Assembly (NCBI GenBank): GCA_964509755.1
Contig: CAZDYU010000005.1
Location: 524-64,523, forward strand
DNA length: 64,000 bases
Source: an uncultured Terracidiphilus sp.
GTDB taxonomy: Bacteria > Acidobacteriota > Terriglobia > Terriglobales > Acidobacteriaceae
Direction of reading: 5' to 3'
The stretch's first letter is position 1. Every line of letters starts with the position of its first letter. Shown one piece after another: positions 1-9,117 of the stretch. Both the position numbers and the translations under genes were made by a program. Below the pieces are notes generated by a model. It made no database searches, was not told where the DNA came from, and saw only the letters and a list, made by a program, of their open reading frames with translations.

Positions 1-623
1 GCGTAAAAATGATCGAGAGCGGAGCGCACAAAAAAGTTCTGGTCTGCGGCGCGGACGCCAATACTCGCATGACGGACTACACTGACCGGACGACGTGTGT
101 TTTGTTTGGCGACGGCGGCGGCTGTGTGCTGCTCGAGCCTTGCGAAGAGGGCGAGATCGGCTTCATCGACTACGTGCATGAGATCGACGGCTCGGGCGCG
201 GACGTGCTCAATCTCAAGGGCGGCGGCAGCCTGAATCCCGCCAGCCACGAGACCGTGGACAAGAAGTGGCACTACATCTATCAGGATGGCCCGCAGGTCT
301 ATAAATTTGCCGTCCGCAAGATGCTCGAAGTGACGACCAGAGTTTTGGCGCGCAATAACGTCACAGGCGCGGATCTGGGCTGCTTCATCCCCCACCAGGC
401 CAACCTGCGCATTATCACCGCAACCGCCGACCGCCTCGGCATGGCGCGGGATCGCGTCATCATCAATATCGAAAAGTACGGCAACACCTCCGACGGCACC
501 ATTCCCCTGGCCATCGAAACAGCCGTCGAGGAAGGCAAGCTCAACAAGGGCGACCTGGTGCTGATCGCTACCGTTGGCGCGGGCTTTACCGTGGGCGCGG
601 CGCTGCTGCGCTGGGAGATATAG
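1..623 (+). CDS. fabH: 3-oxoacyl-ACP synthase III (5' end outside window)
   Basis: Motifs [27 protein letters not shown] and GAGFT typical of FabH. Confidence 0.93.
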   Translation, partial: VKMIESGAHKKVLVCGADANTRMTDYTDRTTCVLFGDGGGCVLLEPCEEGEIGFIDYVHEIDGSGADVLNLKGGGSLNPASHETVDKKWHYIYQDGPQVYKFAVRKMLEVTTRVLARNNVTGADLGCFIPHQANLRIITATADRLGMARDRVIINIEKYGNTSDGTIPLAIETAVEEGKLNKGDLVLIATVGAGFTVGAALLRWEI

Positions 624-626
624 AGG

Positions 627-796
627 CAGCGGGCCAGCGAGTCAGCGGGTCAGCGGGTCGGTCCCTTCGGGGATCAGCCTTCTTGCTGACTCGCTGACCT
701 GCTGACTCGCTGACTCGCTGACCTGCCGACTCGCTGACTCGCTAACTCGCTGACCTGCCGACTCGCTGACTCGCTGACCTGCTGACTCGCTGACCT
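627..796. repeat. Inverted arrays of 8-bp tandem repeats between convergent genes
   Basis: About 4 CAGCG(A/G)GT-like units at 627-660 face 14 GCTGAC(TC/CT)-like units at 685-796. Confidence 0.9.
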
Positions 797-799
797 CCG

Positions 800-1657
800 T
801 CAAACCCCGACAGAAACGCCATACTCGGGCAGCACATCGCATTCCGCAGCCATGCGGAAGAAGACTCGCATACCCTCCACGCATTCCTCGTCCAGCACAT
901 AATGAATGTTCGTGGTCAGATAGGTTCGGATTGTCTGCTCGGGAATAGGAAGCCGCGCGGCCCACTCAGTGACCAGAGCGTCGATATTTTCCAGGCCATG
1001 AATGCGGGATTGAATAAAATCCTCGGCTACACTCTCAACCAAAAGGCTGCCGTGCGCAGCACCCCAGACGGCGGAGATGAAGGGATGGCCGGTTGCGGCG
1101 CGCCACTCCTCGGCCAGATCGTGGTAGACCAGTTCTTCGCCGGTGCGTTCGTAGCGGTTGGCGCGCTCCTCCAACGCCAGCAGCGCCGGGTCGCCGATGA
1201 GGATAGCGGCGTCGGCTCTCTCCAGCATCGCGTCCAGGTCGGCGGCCGCGGGCATAAATGGCACACCTGGGTTGCCCCATTGATGAAAGAGAATGCGCGC
1301 ATAGGCCAACGTGGTGCGGCTGGCGCTGTCTGCGGCCACTGAGCGCAGCGCGGCCAGCGGTTGCGCGGCCCGGCACACCAGCAGCAGTGATCGCACCCGC
1401 CCCTTGGCGGCGATCACGCACCCCGGCAAAATGCGCAGGCTGGGGTTGGCGGCCAACGCGGCAATCGGAACCAAACCAATATCCGCCGAGCCCGTCGCCA
1501 GCCGCTCGGCGCACTCGGCCGGTGTCATGCGATCGATCTGGTAGCGCAGTGCCAGCGGCGCGTTGAGCGGCAGATGCTCGAAATCCCACATCAATGGCGC
1601 GGGATTCAGAAAGCCGATGGCGGCAATGCGCAGGCGAGGATGAGGAATGGAAGTCAC
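800..1657 (-). CDS. mqnA: Chorismate dehydratase (futalosine menaquinone pathway)
   Basis: Motifs IGFLNPAPL, ADIGLVP, VRSLLL, ADSASRT, ILIGDPAL, DLAEEW..TG.PF..AVW; GTG start with GAGG RBS chosen. Confidence 0.85.
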   Translation of the reverse strand: MTSIPHPRLRIAAIGFLNPAPLMWDFEHLPLNAPLALRYQIDRMTPAECAERLATGSADIGLVPIAALAANPSLRILPGCVIAAKGRVRSLLLVCRAAQPLAALRSVAADSASRTTLAYARILFHQWGNPGVPFMPAAADLDAMLERADAAILIGDPALLALEERANRYERTGEELVYHDLAEEWRAATGHPFISAVWGAAHGSLLVESVAEDFIQSRIHGLENIDALVTEWAARLPIPEQTIRTYLTTNIHYVLDEECVEGMRVFFRMAAECDVLPEYGVSVGV

Positions 1658-1703
1658 GCCTCTTAGACTATCAACTAGGCCTATCAACTCGTAGCCAGGG
1701 TCT

Positions 1704-2585
1704 TCACCGTGCATCGGCCGCTTCAGCACTCAAGCAGAAGCCAGGGACATGGACGATGCAGTCGCTATTTTGCGCATGTTCCTCCCGACGCAGCAAGTTA
1801 ACTCGCAGCAGGGTATGCGATTCAAAAGCTTTGTTCAACAGAGCTTGCATCGCCGGATTGCGCAGGCCGGTACAGGGAAAGATGGTGAGGACCGTCACCA
1901 GCTCGGCGGTGAAGCGCTGGCCCCGGCGGCCAAAGCGCACGGCCATCGCATCGTTCGATGCCGGCGTTCTTCCCACCAACAGCGGCGCCACCAGAACGCC
2001 GGTCTCGCTGAGCCCGTTGAGCCAAGCGGCTGGCAAGTCTGTGACTCCCGCATTGATGAGAATCGCATCCGAAGAAACGGGCTCAAGGCTCGTGCCGTCC
2101 TGATTGAGAACCTTCACATTCGCATAAGGGCTGAGGTTGGCCTCAGCCATCGCCGCCAACTCCGGGTCAACTTCAACTGCCGTCACCGCGCCCTGATGCC
2201 CCACCGCCTCGGCCATTATCGCGGTATAGTAACCCGTTCCGCAGCCGATGTGCAGCACACGTTTACCCGCGCCCAGATCCAGTGCCGCCAGCAAGCGCGC
2301 AATCATGCTCGGCTGGCCGTTGTTCAAAAGCCGCTCACCCTTGAGCGCCACAAAGACATCGTGGTAGAGATCGCGGATCTGGCTCGTCATCCTGTAAGCG
2401 GCGCAGCGCAGCGATCCTCCCGAGGAAAACTGCCAGGGCGGAGGCCCCAGAAATAGCTCTCTTGGAACCCGCGCGAAGGCCTCCACCAGCGTAGAGGAAC
2501 CCAGGTCCGCCACCACGCGAATCTCTTCCGCGTAAAAGCGGCGGCATTGCTCCACAGTAAACGGATTGTCTACCAACTCAGCCAA
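1704..2585 (-). CDS. Protein-L-isoaspartate O-methyltransferase-like SAM methyltransferase
   Basis: Motifs AFARVPRELFL, VLHIGCGTGYYTA, VTAVEVD and DAILINAG. Confidence 0.8.
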   Translation of the reverse strand: MAELVDNPFTVEQCRRFYAEEIRVVADLGSSTLVEAFARVPRELFLGPPPWQFSSGGSLRCAAYRMTSQIRDLYHDVFVALKGERLLNNGQPSMIARLLAALDLGAGKRVLHIGCGTGYYTAIMAEAVGHQGAVTAVEVDPELAAMAEANLSPYANVKVLNQDGTSLEPVSSDAILINAGVTDLPAAWLNGLSETGVLVAPLLVGRTPASNDAMAVRFGRRGQRFTAELVTVLTIFPCTGLRNPAMQALLNKAFESHTLLRVNLLRREEHAQNSDCIVHVPGFCLSAEAADAR

Positions 2586-2800
2586 GGCAATCTTTCAGGG
2601 ATCCAAAAAGGCGGGTAGCGCGCCTATCGATGAGCGGGCAGCGTCACTCAAACGAGTCTCAGCAATTGAAGGGCAAATCTGGAGGAGTCCGGTTAACTTG
2701 TTCTAAAGATTGGCCAGAGTAATCAAAATTTTCCACAGTATGCGGTTTAGCTTTCCTATGAGGAAAATAATCTGTACAATTCTGGTACAGCAGCCCTCCT

Positions 2801-3982
2801 ATGACCACGATGCCCCAAACCGCCCTTCTGCCCATCGCCTCCCAACTGGATGAAGACCGGCTTGCGTGGCTGGCATTGGTGCTTTCGCCGGGCCTGGGGC
2901 CCAAGCGAATCTTGGATGCGGCAAAACGGCTGCGCGCGCCCAGCGCAATCTTCACACTGTCGCTCACCGAACTCGAAGGCTTGCGCTTTCCCGCCGAGGC
3001 CGCGCAGTTCATCTATGACGGCAAGGCCCGCGAGGCTGCTGAAGAAGAATGGGCGCGGGTGGAAGCGCAGGGAGCAACGCTGCTGACCCACGGCTGCCAG
3101 CAGTATCCGGAGCGGCTTAAAGAAATCTATGACCCACCGCCGGTTTTGTGGGTGCGCGGAGATGTGAAACTGCTCACGAGGCCGGGAATCGCCGTAGTCG
3201 GCACGCGCCATCCGTCGCCCTACGGTTCGGGAATGGCCGAGGTGCTCTCGCGCGATCTGGCTGTCCGGCGGCTCCTGATTATCAGCGGCATGGCGCGCGG
3301 CATTGACTCCTGCGCGCATCGCGGCGCTTTGGCCGCGCGCATGCCCACCGTGGCCGTCTGGGGCACCGGCATTGACGTCGTCTATCCCAAGGAGAACAAA
3401 AAACTGGCCGAGGAGATTCTCGCCGGCGGCGGAGCCATTGTCAGCGAACTGCCCATGGGAACCTTCCCCGCTCCGCAGAACTTCCCGCGCCGCAACCGCA
3501 TCCTGAGCGGCCTCAGCGTTGCCGTGCTGGTGGTCGAGGCGGCGGAGAACTCCGGCACACGTGTCACCGCCCGCTGCGCCGCCGATCAGAACCGCGACCT
3601 CTACGCCGTCCCCGGCAACGTCACCAACAAAGGCTCATGGACCCCCAACACGCTGATCAAGCAAGGCGCCAAGCTGGTGGCCACCTGGGAGGATATTTGG
3701 GAGGATCTGCCCTCGCAGATCCGGCTGGAGCTGGAAGACGCCGCCCCGGCCGAATCCAAATCCCCCACCACAGCGTCTCTCTTGCCTGATCCCGTGCTGC
3801 GCCCCGAAGAGGCGATCGTTCTTGAAGTCTTGCGCCAGGACACAAGCCTGCAAATCGACGAGATTCTAGAGCTAGTCGAGACGCAACTGACCTCGTCGGA
3901 GGTCTTCATGGCGCTTTTCGAGCTGGAAATCACCGGCCGCATCCGCCAACTGCCCGGCAAGAACTACGTGCGGACGATGTGA
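2801..3982 (+). CDS. dprA: DNA-processing protein DprA
   Basis: Motifs AVVGTRHPSPYG, ISGMARGID, NFPRRNRILSGLS and C-terminal winged helix. Confidence 0.95.
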   Translation: MTTMPQTALLPIASQLDEDRLAWLALVLSPGLGPKRILDAAKRLRAPSAIFTLSLTELEGLRFPAEAAQFIYDGKAREAAEEEWARVEAQGATLLTHGCQQYPERLKEIYDPPPVLWVRGDVKLLTRPGIAVVGTRHPSPYGSGMAEVLSRDLAVRRLLIISGMARGIDSCAHRGALAARMPTVAVWGTGIDVVYPKENKKLAEEILAGGGAIVSELPMGTFPAPQNFPRRNRILSGLSVAVLVVEAAENSGTRVTARCAADQNRDLYAVPGNVTNKGSWTPNTLIKQGAKLVATWEDIWEDLPSQIRLELEDAAPAESKSPTTASLLPDPVLRPEEAIVLEVLRQDTSLQIDEILELVETQLTSSEVFMALFELEITGRIRQLPGKNYVRTM

Positions 3983-3988
3983 GAAGGG

Positions 3989-4141
3989 CAGAGATCAGGG
4001 GTCAGAGATCAGAGATCAGTAGGTCGCGCAATTGGGAGATATTTCCTCGACTTCCTGATTGAGTGGCTTTGCCCAATTGAGGCCGAGAATGAATGATCGG
4101 CGAATGAAAACTGATCTCTGATCTCTGACCCCTGATCTCTG
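3989..4141. repeat. Perfect 31-bp inverted repeat built from 7-bp CAGAGAT units
   Basis: 3989-4019 CAGAGATCAGGGGTCAGAGATCAGAGATCAG is the exact reverse complement of 4111-4141. Confidence 0.92.
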
Positions 4142-5290
4142 TTACGGCACAAACACCCTTAGACGCACATGCCACTTGGTGCTCTCGCCCGGCTTCAGCG
4201 TCACCATGCCGGTGTCGGTCGAGCCCCACTCCTTGCCGAAGGGATCGCCAAAATTGTACTGGTGCTCGATGGCCACGAAGCTCTTGTCGGGCGGAGCGTA
4301 CATCTGGATCGCCTTGATCTCCGGCGACAGCCCCTCGATCTTCACGCCGTAGTGTGCCGCCGGGTCTGTCACTTCGACCGTCGCCGCGCCGCCCTTCCAA
4401 TCGAGATGGTTCCAGTTATCGTCATAGAAGTTCTTGCCCAGCGCCGCGCCGCCAAGGGCGCTCAAATCGTACTGGGTTCCCTTCACCGGCAGCAGCTTGC
4501 CCGTCGGAAAGACGTTGTCGTAGCCATCCACTTCAGCCGTAAACGAAGCGGGAATCCGCACCCGCGCCTGCGTCCGGTCCCCTGAGGGCAGATTGAAATA
4601 CGGATGCCAGGCAATCGCCACCGGCTCGTCCACGCCGCCAACATTGTGCGCCACAATCGAAGCATCCACAGCCTCGGCCGAGAGCGTCACGGTAATCACC
4701 AGGTCGGTCTTTGAGAGCCAATGCCCGCCAAAGTCGCCCCCGTGAATCACGCCCACCGCCTGCTCGCCGCCGGCCAGCTTTTCCACGCGCACTTCATCGG
4801 TCTTGGCCTTCAGAATCAGCCCGTGCATCGCATTGTGCTCGGCCGTCGGCAGCTTGCCCCAGAAGTTGGCCGGCAGCGTCAGCGCATGGCCCTGCCACGC
4901 GGTTGTAATCGTCTTGCCGTCGGCGGAAAGCTTTCCCCGCACCCGGTTCGGATACGGCACCAAAAAGGCCGCGCCCAGCCTGTAGCCCAGGTTGCCGTAT
5001 TCGTCATCGTCCACGTCCAGCATCTTCTTTGCGCCGGCCAGATCCGGCGAGGCCAGCACATTTACATTGCCCTTGCCGGGGAAGTTGGCCGTGATCTGGA
5101 TGATCTCCATCCCCCGTCCCGGCGCCAGCGTGATGCTGGTAAACTCCGGCTTGGTTGTGCTCACCGCGGCCCGCGTCAGCGTGACCACCTTCTGCCCGCC
5201 GATCTCGGTAGCAGCCTGTGTGCGGCCAGCCGGGCATATCACTCCCGCCGCCAAAACCAACAAAACAACTGCGCGCATCGAAAACTTCAT
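4142..5290 (-). CDS. Secreted aldose 1-epimerase family protein
   Basis: Motifs LVPYPNRVRG, HNAMHGL, AWHPYFNLP, FVAIEHQ; N-terminal signal peptide; start at MKFSMRAVV chosen. Confidence 0.8.
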   Translation of the reverse strand: MKFSMRAVVLLVLAAGVICPAGRTQAATEIGGQKVVTLTRAAVSTTKPEFTSITLAPGRGMEIIQITANFPGKGNVNVLASPDLAGAKKMLDVDDDEYGNLGYRLGAAFLVPYPNRVRGKLSADGKTITTAWQGHALTLPANFWGKLPTAEHNAMHGLILKAKTDEVRVEKLAGGEQAVGVIHGGDFGGHWLSKTDLVITVTLSAEAVDASIVAHNVGGVDEPVAIAWHPYFNLPSGDRTQARVRIPASFTAEVDGYDNVFPTGKLLPVKGTQYDLSALGGAALGKNFYDDNWNHLDWKGGAATVEVTDPAAHYGVKIEGLSPEIKAIQMYAPPDKSFVAIEHQYNFGDPFGKEWGSTDTGMVTLKPGESTKWHVRLRVFVP

Positions 5291-5437
5291 CTCGTTCGTC
5301 CTCTTAACTTGCATCTCGTCTCTTAGGAATCCGCGATCCGGCTGCCCACTTTTCGCAACGCCAAAATCCGTATTCCGTGTGCAGCGCCATTCTTTCACAA
5401 AGCACTTGCATCAGGCGCGGGATGCATAATCGACCGC

Positions 5438-6910
5438 TCACGCCAGCCGCTGCGCAATCGTCTCCTCCAGAATCTCTTTGACCGATAACGGAACAATGAT
5501 TGCGTGTTCACGGCGGAAGAACTGATCGATCTCGCGCAGCGCGTCGCCAGTAAAGTCGAAACCCACAACAAACCCCTTTTTGCGCTTGGTCCGCATCATG
5601 GCCGCTTCAAAGCTGTCGATCTCCGGGCGTCCGATCTTGTCCGTCTGCTTCACCTGAATCGGATACCAGTCGTCCATGAAGTCCAGTTCGCCGGCCTCTT
5701 TGCCGGTGGCCGTGGGCTCACTTCCAACGGGGTAGATGCGCCCGTCGATGCCCATATCGCCCACCTGCGTCTTGTTGGGAATGCCGCCCAGCGCAATGAC
5801 TGCCCAGTTCTCGAACTCGAAAGGCGGAATGGCGCGAAGCTGCTTTTCGGTCCATGGCAGGTCGCGCACAATGAAGCCTTTTCCGTGCAGCCAGAAGTTT
5901 TCGTCCTCGCGCAATTTGCAAACATCGCGCAGCCGCTTGGCCATCACGCGGCAGGCCGTGGGCGAAATATCGATACCGATCCATTGCCGGCCGAGGGTCT
6001 GCGCCGCAACCAATGTTGTGCCGCAGCCGCAGAAGGCATCGAGGACAATGTCGTTTGGGTTCGACGAGATTTCCAGTATGCGTTCGAGCAGCTTCAACGG
6101 CTTCTGCGTCGGATAACCCAGCCGCTCCTTGGCCTGCGAGTTGATCGGAGGAATATCCGTCCAGACTGAGTCGATAGGCCGCCCTTCCTGCTCGTCGAGA
6201 TAACGCTTCATGCGCGGAACCGCGCCGGGACTTGGCTGAACGACAATGCCCGTGTCGTACCCTTCCCGCATCCGTTCTTTAGTCCACCGCCAAACTTTTT
6301 TATGACCCAGAAATTCATAGGTCAGGTTGGGCCGATTGCGATTTGGATTCGTCAAGTCACATAACTGATAGAGCCGCCCGTCCGGGTCTCGATGCGAGTA
6401 TTTTCCAGCCGTTTTTGCATCCAGATTTTCCAGATCGTAAGGATTATAAGGTCGATTGAAGGTGGTTTCACCTCCACCGCCGTAGAGAAGCAAGGTATCG
6501 TGATTGTTCGGAATACTCTTGAAGGCTAGACTTTTTGCAAGTGCCCGGTGCCAGATAATCTCCGTGATGAAGTTCTTCTCGCCAAAGATCTGATCCAGCA
6601 TCACCTTGACGTAGTGGCTGGCATGCCAATCGCAATGCAGGTAGAAGCTGCCGGTCTTCTTCAATACCCGCGACAATTCCACGCATCGTGGCCGCATGAA
6701 TTCTATATAAGCGCGCGTTGACTCATGGCGATCCTCGAATGAGCGCTTCTCCTTTGTCTCGCCCCAGAAAATCTCGTATGTGCGATTGGAGTTGAAAGGC
6801 GGATCGATATAAATAAGGTCAATGCAGCCGTCGGGCAGCTTCCTGAGCTGCTCCAGGTTGTCTCCGCAGTAGACAACGCGTGTGTCCAGTAGTGAGGAAG
6901 GCTTGGCCAT
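5438..6910 (-). CDS. N4/N6 DNA methyltransferase (beta arrangement) fused to Mrr-like restriction endonuclease domain
   Basis: DLIYIDPPF, YPTQKP and DAFCGCGTT; C-terminal PFEFENWA..GDMGIDG..IQVKQ. Confidence 0.85.
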   Translation of the reverse strand: MAKPSSLLDTRVVYCGDNLEQLRKLPDGCIDLIYIDPPFNSNRTYEIFWGETKEKRSFEDRHESTRAYIEFMRPRCVELSRVLKKTGSFYLHCDWHASHYVKVMLDQIFGEKNFITEIIWHRALAKSLAFKSIPNNHDTLLLYGGGGETTFNRPYNPYDLENLDAKTAGKYSHRDPDGRLYQLCDLTNPNRNRPNLTYEFLGHKKVWRWTKERMREGYDTGIVVQPSPGAVPRMKRYLDEQEGRPIDSVWTDIPPINSQAKERLGYPTQKPLKLLERILEISSNPNDIVLDAFCGCGTTLVAAQTLGRQWIGIDISPTACRVMAKRLRDVCKLREDENFWLHGKGFIVRDLPWTEKQLRAIPPFEFENWAVIALGGIPNKTQVGDMGIDGRIYPVGSEPTATGKEAGELDFMDDWYPIQVKQTDKIGRPEIDSFEAAMMRTKRKKGFVVGFDFTGDALREIDQFFRREHAIIVPLSVKEILEETIAQRLA

Positions 6911-7103
6911 CGATAGAAATAGCTTACAACGGCCGGGCTTTGTCTGGCTGAATTTTGGTCCTTCTGTCTCGATAGCTACCTGCTCCGTACCTCGACAAGG
7001 TGGATTTCAGTCATTTTTGTTCCCCTCATGATTTGTGGCCCACATCACATTTCCCTCTGCCCTCAACGGGTGTACACTTCCGTTCGAGCTTAAAATCACA
7101 ACC

Positions 7104-8741
7104 ATGCCTGTCCAAGAAGACCTTTGCGCCCTCAGTTCTACGCGCGGCCCCAGCCGCCCGCTCCTTGACCTCACCATCGGGGGCCTGCTTGATCGCACCG
7201 CCAGCCGCTTTCCCGACCGCCTCGCCGTCGCCTCCTGCCACCAGGGAAAGCGCCTTACCTGGGCTGAACTCAGCGCCCAAGCCGACCGCGTCGCCCGCGG
7301 ACTTTGGTCGCTCGGCATCCGCAAGGGCGACCGTGTCGGCGTCTGGTCGACTAATTGCATCGAGTGGACGATGATGCATATGGGCGTCGCCCGCGCCGGT
7401 GCCTCGCTGGTCAACATCAACCCCGCCTACCGCTCCCATGAGCTGCAGTTCACCCTCCAGCGCTCGCGCCTCAAGGCCCTCTTCCTCTGGCACAAGGACC
7501 GCCACGCCGACTACGAGGATATCCTCGCCCGCGCCCGCCATGGCTTTGACCACGAACTCCAGCATGTCATCTACTTTGATTCGCCCGAGTGGCCCGCCTT
7601 TCTCGACGCCGAGGGCCGCCTGCCCGACTACGTCGATCCCCAGGACATTGCCGACATTCAGTACACCAGCGGGACGACCGGGTTGCCCAAGGGCGTCATG
7701 CTCACCCATTACAACGTCATCAACGACGGTCAGTTTCTTGCCCAGGGTTTTCATTACACTGAGATCGACAAGATCGTCGTCCCCGTGCCGCTCTTCCACT
7801 GCTACGGCTGCGTCATCGGCTCCATGACTTCGCTGAACACCGGCGCCGCCCTCATCCTGCCCAACTGGACCTTCGACCCGCGCCTCACCCTCAAGGCCGT
7901 CCACGATGAGCGAGCCACCAGCGTCTACGGTGTCCCCGCCATGTACGTCGCGGAGTTCGCCCTGCCCGACTTCAAAACCTTCGACCTCACCAGCCTCCGC
8001 ACCGGCATGATGAGCGGCGCGCCCTGCCCCATCGAGCTCATGAAGCGCGTCCTCACCGAGATGCACATCGGCGAGCTGGTCATCGCTTATGGGCAGACGG
8101 AGACCTCGCCCGTCGTTACTATGTCCGACGCGGCGGACAGTATAGAAGTCCGCGTCAACACCGTTGGCCGCGCCATGCCCCAAACCGAGATTCAGGTCGT
8201 CTCCACCGTCACGGGCGAACCTCTGCCGCGCGGCGAGCAAGGCGAAATCTGCGTCCGCGGCTACGCCCTGATGAAGGGCTACGACGGCGACCCGGAAGGC
8301 ACCCGCCAGGTCATCCATGAGGACGGCTGGCTGCACACCGGCGACCTCGGCGTCATGCGTCCGGACGGCTGCCTGCGCATCACCGGCCGCAGTCGCGACG
8401 TGATCATCCGCGGCGGAGAGAACATTTATCCCCGCGAGGTCGAGGAGTTCCTCTACACCCATCCCAAGGTCAGCGAGGCGCAGGTCGTCGGCATCCCCAA
8501 TGCCCGCCTCGGCGAAGTTGTCTGCGCCTGGGTCCGCCTGCAACCCGGAGCGGAAGCGACAGAAGAAGAGATCAAGGAATTCTGCAAAGACCAGATCGCC
8601 TACTACAAGATCCCCGAATACGTCCGCTTCGTTACCGAGATTCCCGCCACCCTCAGCGGCAAAATCCAGAAATACAAAATCCGTGAATTCGAAATCGAAG
8701 CCAGAGGATTGCAGGACGTAGCAAAGACCGCCACGGCGTAA
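7104..8741 (+). CDS. AMP-binding acyl-CoA synthetase
   Basis: Motifs YTSGTTGLPKG, YGQTE, WLHTGDLG and IIRGGENIYPREVE. Confidence 0.92.
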   Translation: MPVQEDLCALSSTRGPSRPLLDLTIGGLLDRTASRFPDRLAVASCHQGKRLTWAELSAQADRVARGLWSLGIRKGDRVGVWSTNCIEWTMMHMGVARAGASLVNINPAYRSHELQFTLQRSRLKALFLWHKDRHADYEDILARARHGFDHELQHVIYFDSPEWPAFLDAEGRLPDYVDPQDIADIQYTSGTTGLPKGVMLTHYNVINDGQFLAQGFHYTEIDKIVVPVPLFHCYGCVIGSMTSLNTGAALILPNWTFDPRLTLKAVHDERATSVYGVPAMYVAEFALPDFKTFDLTSLRTGMMSGAPCPIELMKRVLTEMHIGELVIAYGQTETSPVVTMSDAADSIEVRVNTVGRAMPQTEIQVVSTVTGEPLPRGEQGEICVRGYALMKGYDGDPEGTRQVIHEDGWLHTGDLGVMRPDGCLRITGRSRDVIIRGGENIYPREVEEFLYTHPKVSEAQVVGIPNARLGEVVCAWVRLQPGAEATEEEIKEFCKDQIAYYKIPEYVRFVTEIPATLSGKIQKYKIREFEIEARGLQDVAKTATA

Positions 8742-8852
8742 AAATGCCGCGATTGAATGCGTTAATGTTACCTTCGTAACTCTATAAGAGTCCGATAGAG
8801 AGCTTTTTTAGAAACTGGCGAATCTTCCAGTTGAGCAAAAACGCAATAAAGA

Positions 8853-8881
8853 TTGCTAGCGGTGGTTACCTGTGGTATATT
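8853..8881 (+). promoter_or_regulatory. Putative sigma70 promoter of the peptide/radical SAM operon
   Basis: TTGCTA (8853-8858), 17-nt spacer, extended -10 TGnTATATT (8873-8881). Confidence 0.6.
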
Positions 8882-8946
8882 CCGCAGTATCCGAAAGGCA
8901 GGATGGAAATCCTGGAGTAATTCCGTTTTTCAAGAAAGGAGCCGTT

Positions 8947-9009
8947 ATGAAGAATTACGTCAAGCCCGTTGCTTCAAGTGGCAAGACCAACTCTTCTCAG
9001 TGCGCATGA
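8947..9009 (+). CDS. Putative 20-aa RiPP precursor peptide MKNYVKPVASSGKTNSSQCA
   Basis: AAGGAG RBS just before ATG; YxKP leader-like motif; first gene upstream of three radical SAM genes, one RRE-fused. Confidence 0.75.
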   Translation: MKNYVKPVASSGKTNSSQCA

Positions 9010-9031
9010 TTCAACGCTTGAGAGGTCCGAG

Positions 9032-9087
9032 CCGGGAACTGTCCAAAGGTGCATAACCTTATTGGCGCATTCTTCGGCAGTTCCCGG
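9032..9087 (+). other. Stem-loop between precursor ORF and first radical SAM gene
   Basis: CCGGGAACTG (9032-9041) / CAGTTCCCGG (9078-9087) with inner AAGGT-GCATA-ACCTT hairpin. Confidence 0.7.
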
Positions 9088-9117
9088 TGTAATCCCCGTC
9101 ATCGCAGAGTAATCAAA

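Noticed and set aside
1704..2736. PIMT-like methyltransferase plus upstream 25-aa ORF (2659-2736, minus) as an aspartimide RiPP pair
   Set aside because: GTG start with no well-placed RBS, no cyclase or RRE nearby, and no way to test conservation
7104..8741. Acyl-CoA synthetase as part of the RiPP cluster (lipopeptide)
   Set aside because: Host-like high-GC codon usage, and a separate promoter lies between it and the peptide gene; no ACP or acyltransferase present
8882..8935. Riboswitch in the 5' leader of the peptide gene
   Set aside because: Just a small AGGAT-GGAA-ATCCT hairpin; no recognisable riboswitch consensus
8853..9056. 67-aa ORF from the track as the precursor
   Set aside because: Starts on the -35 box with no RBS; the 20-aa ORF in another frame has the RBS and the leader-like motif
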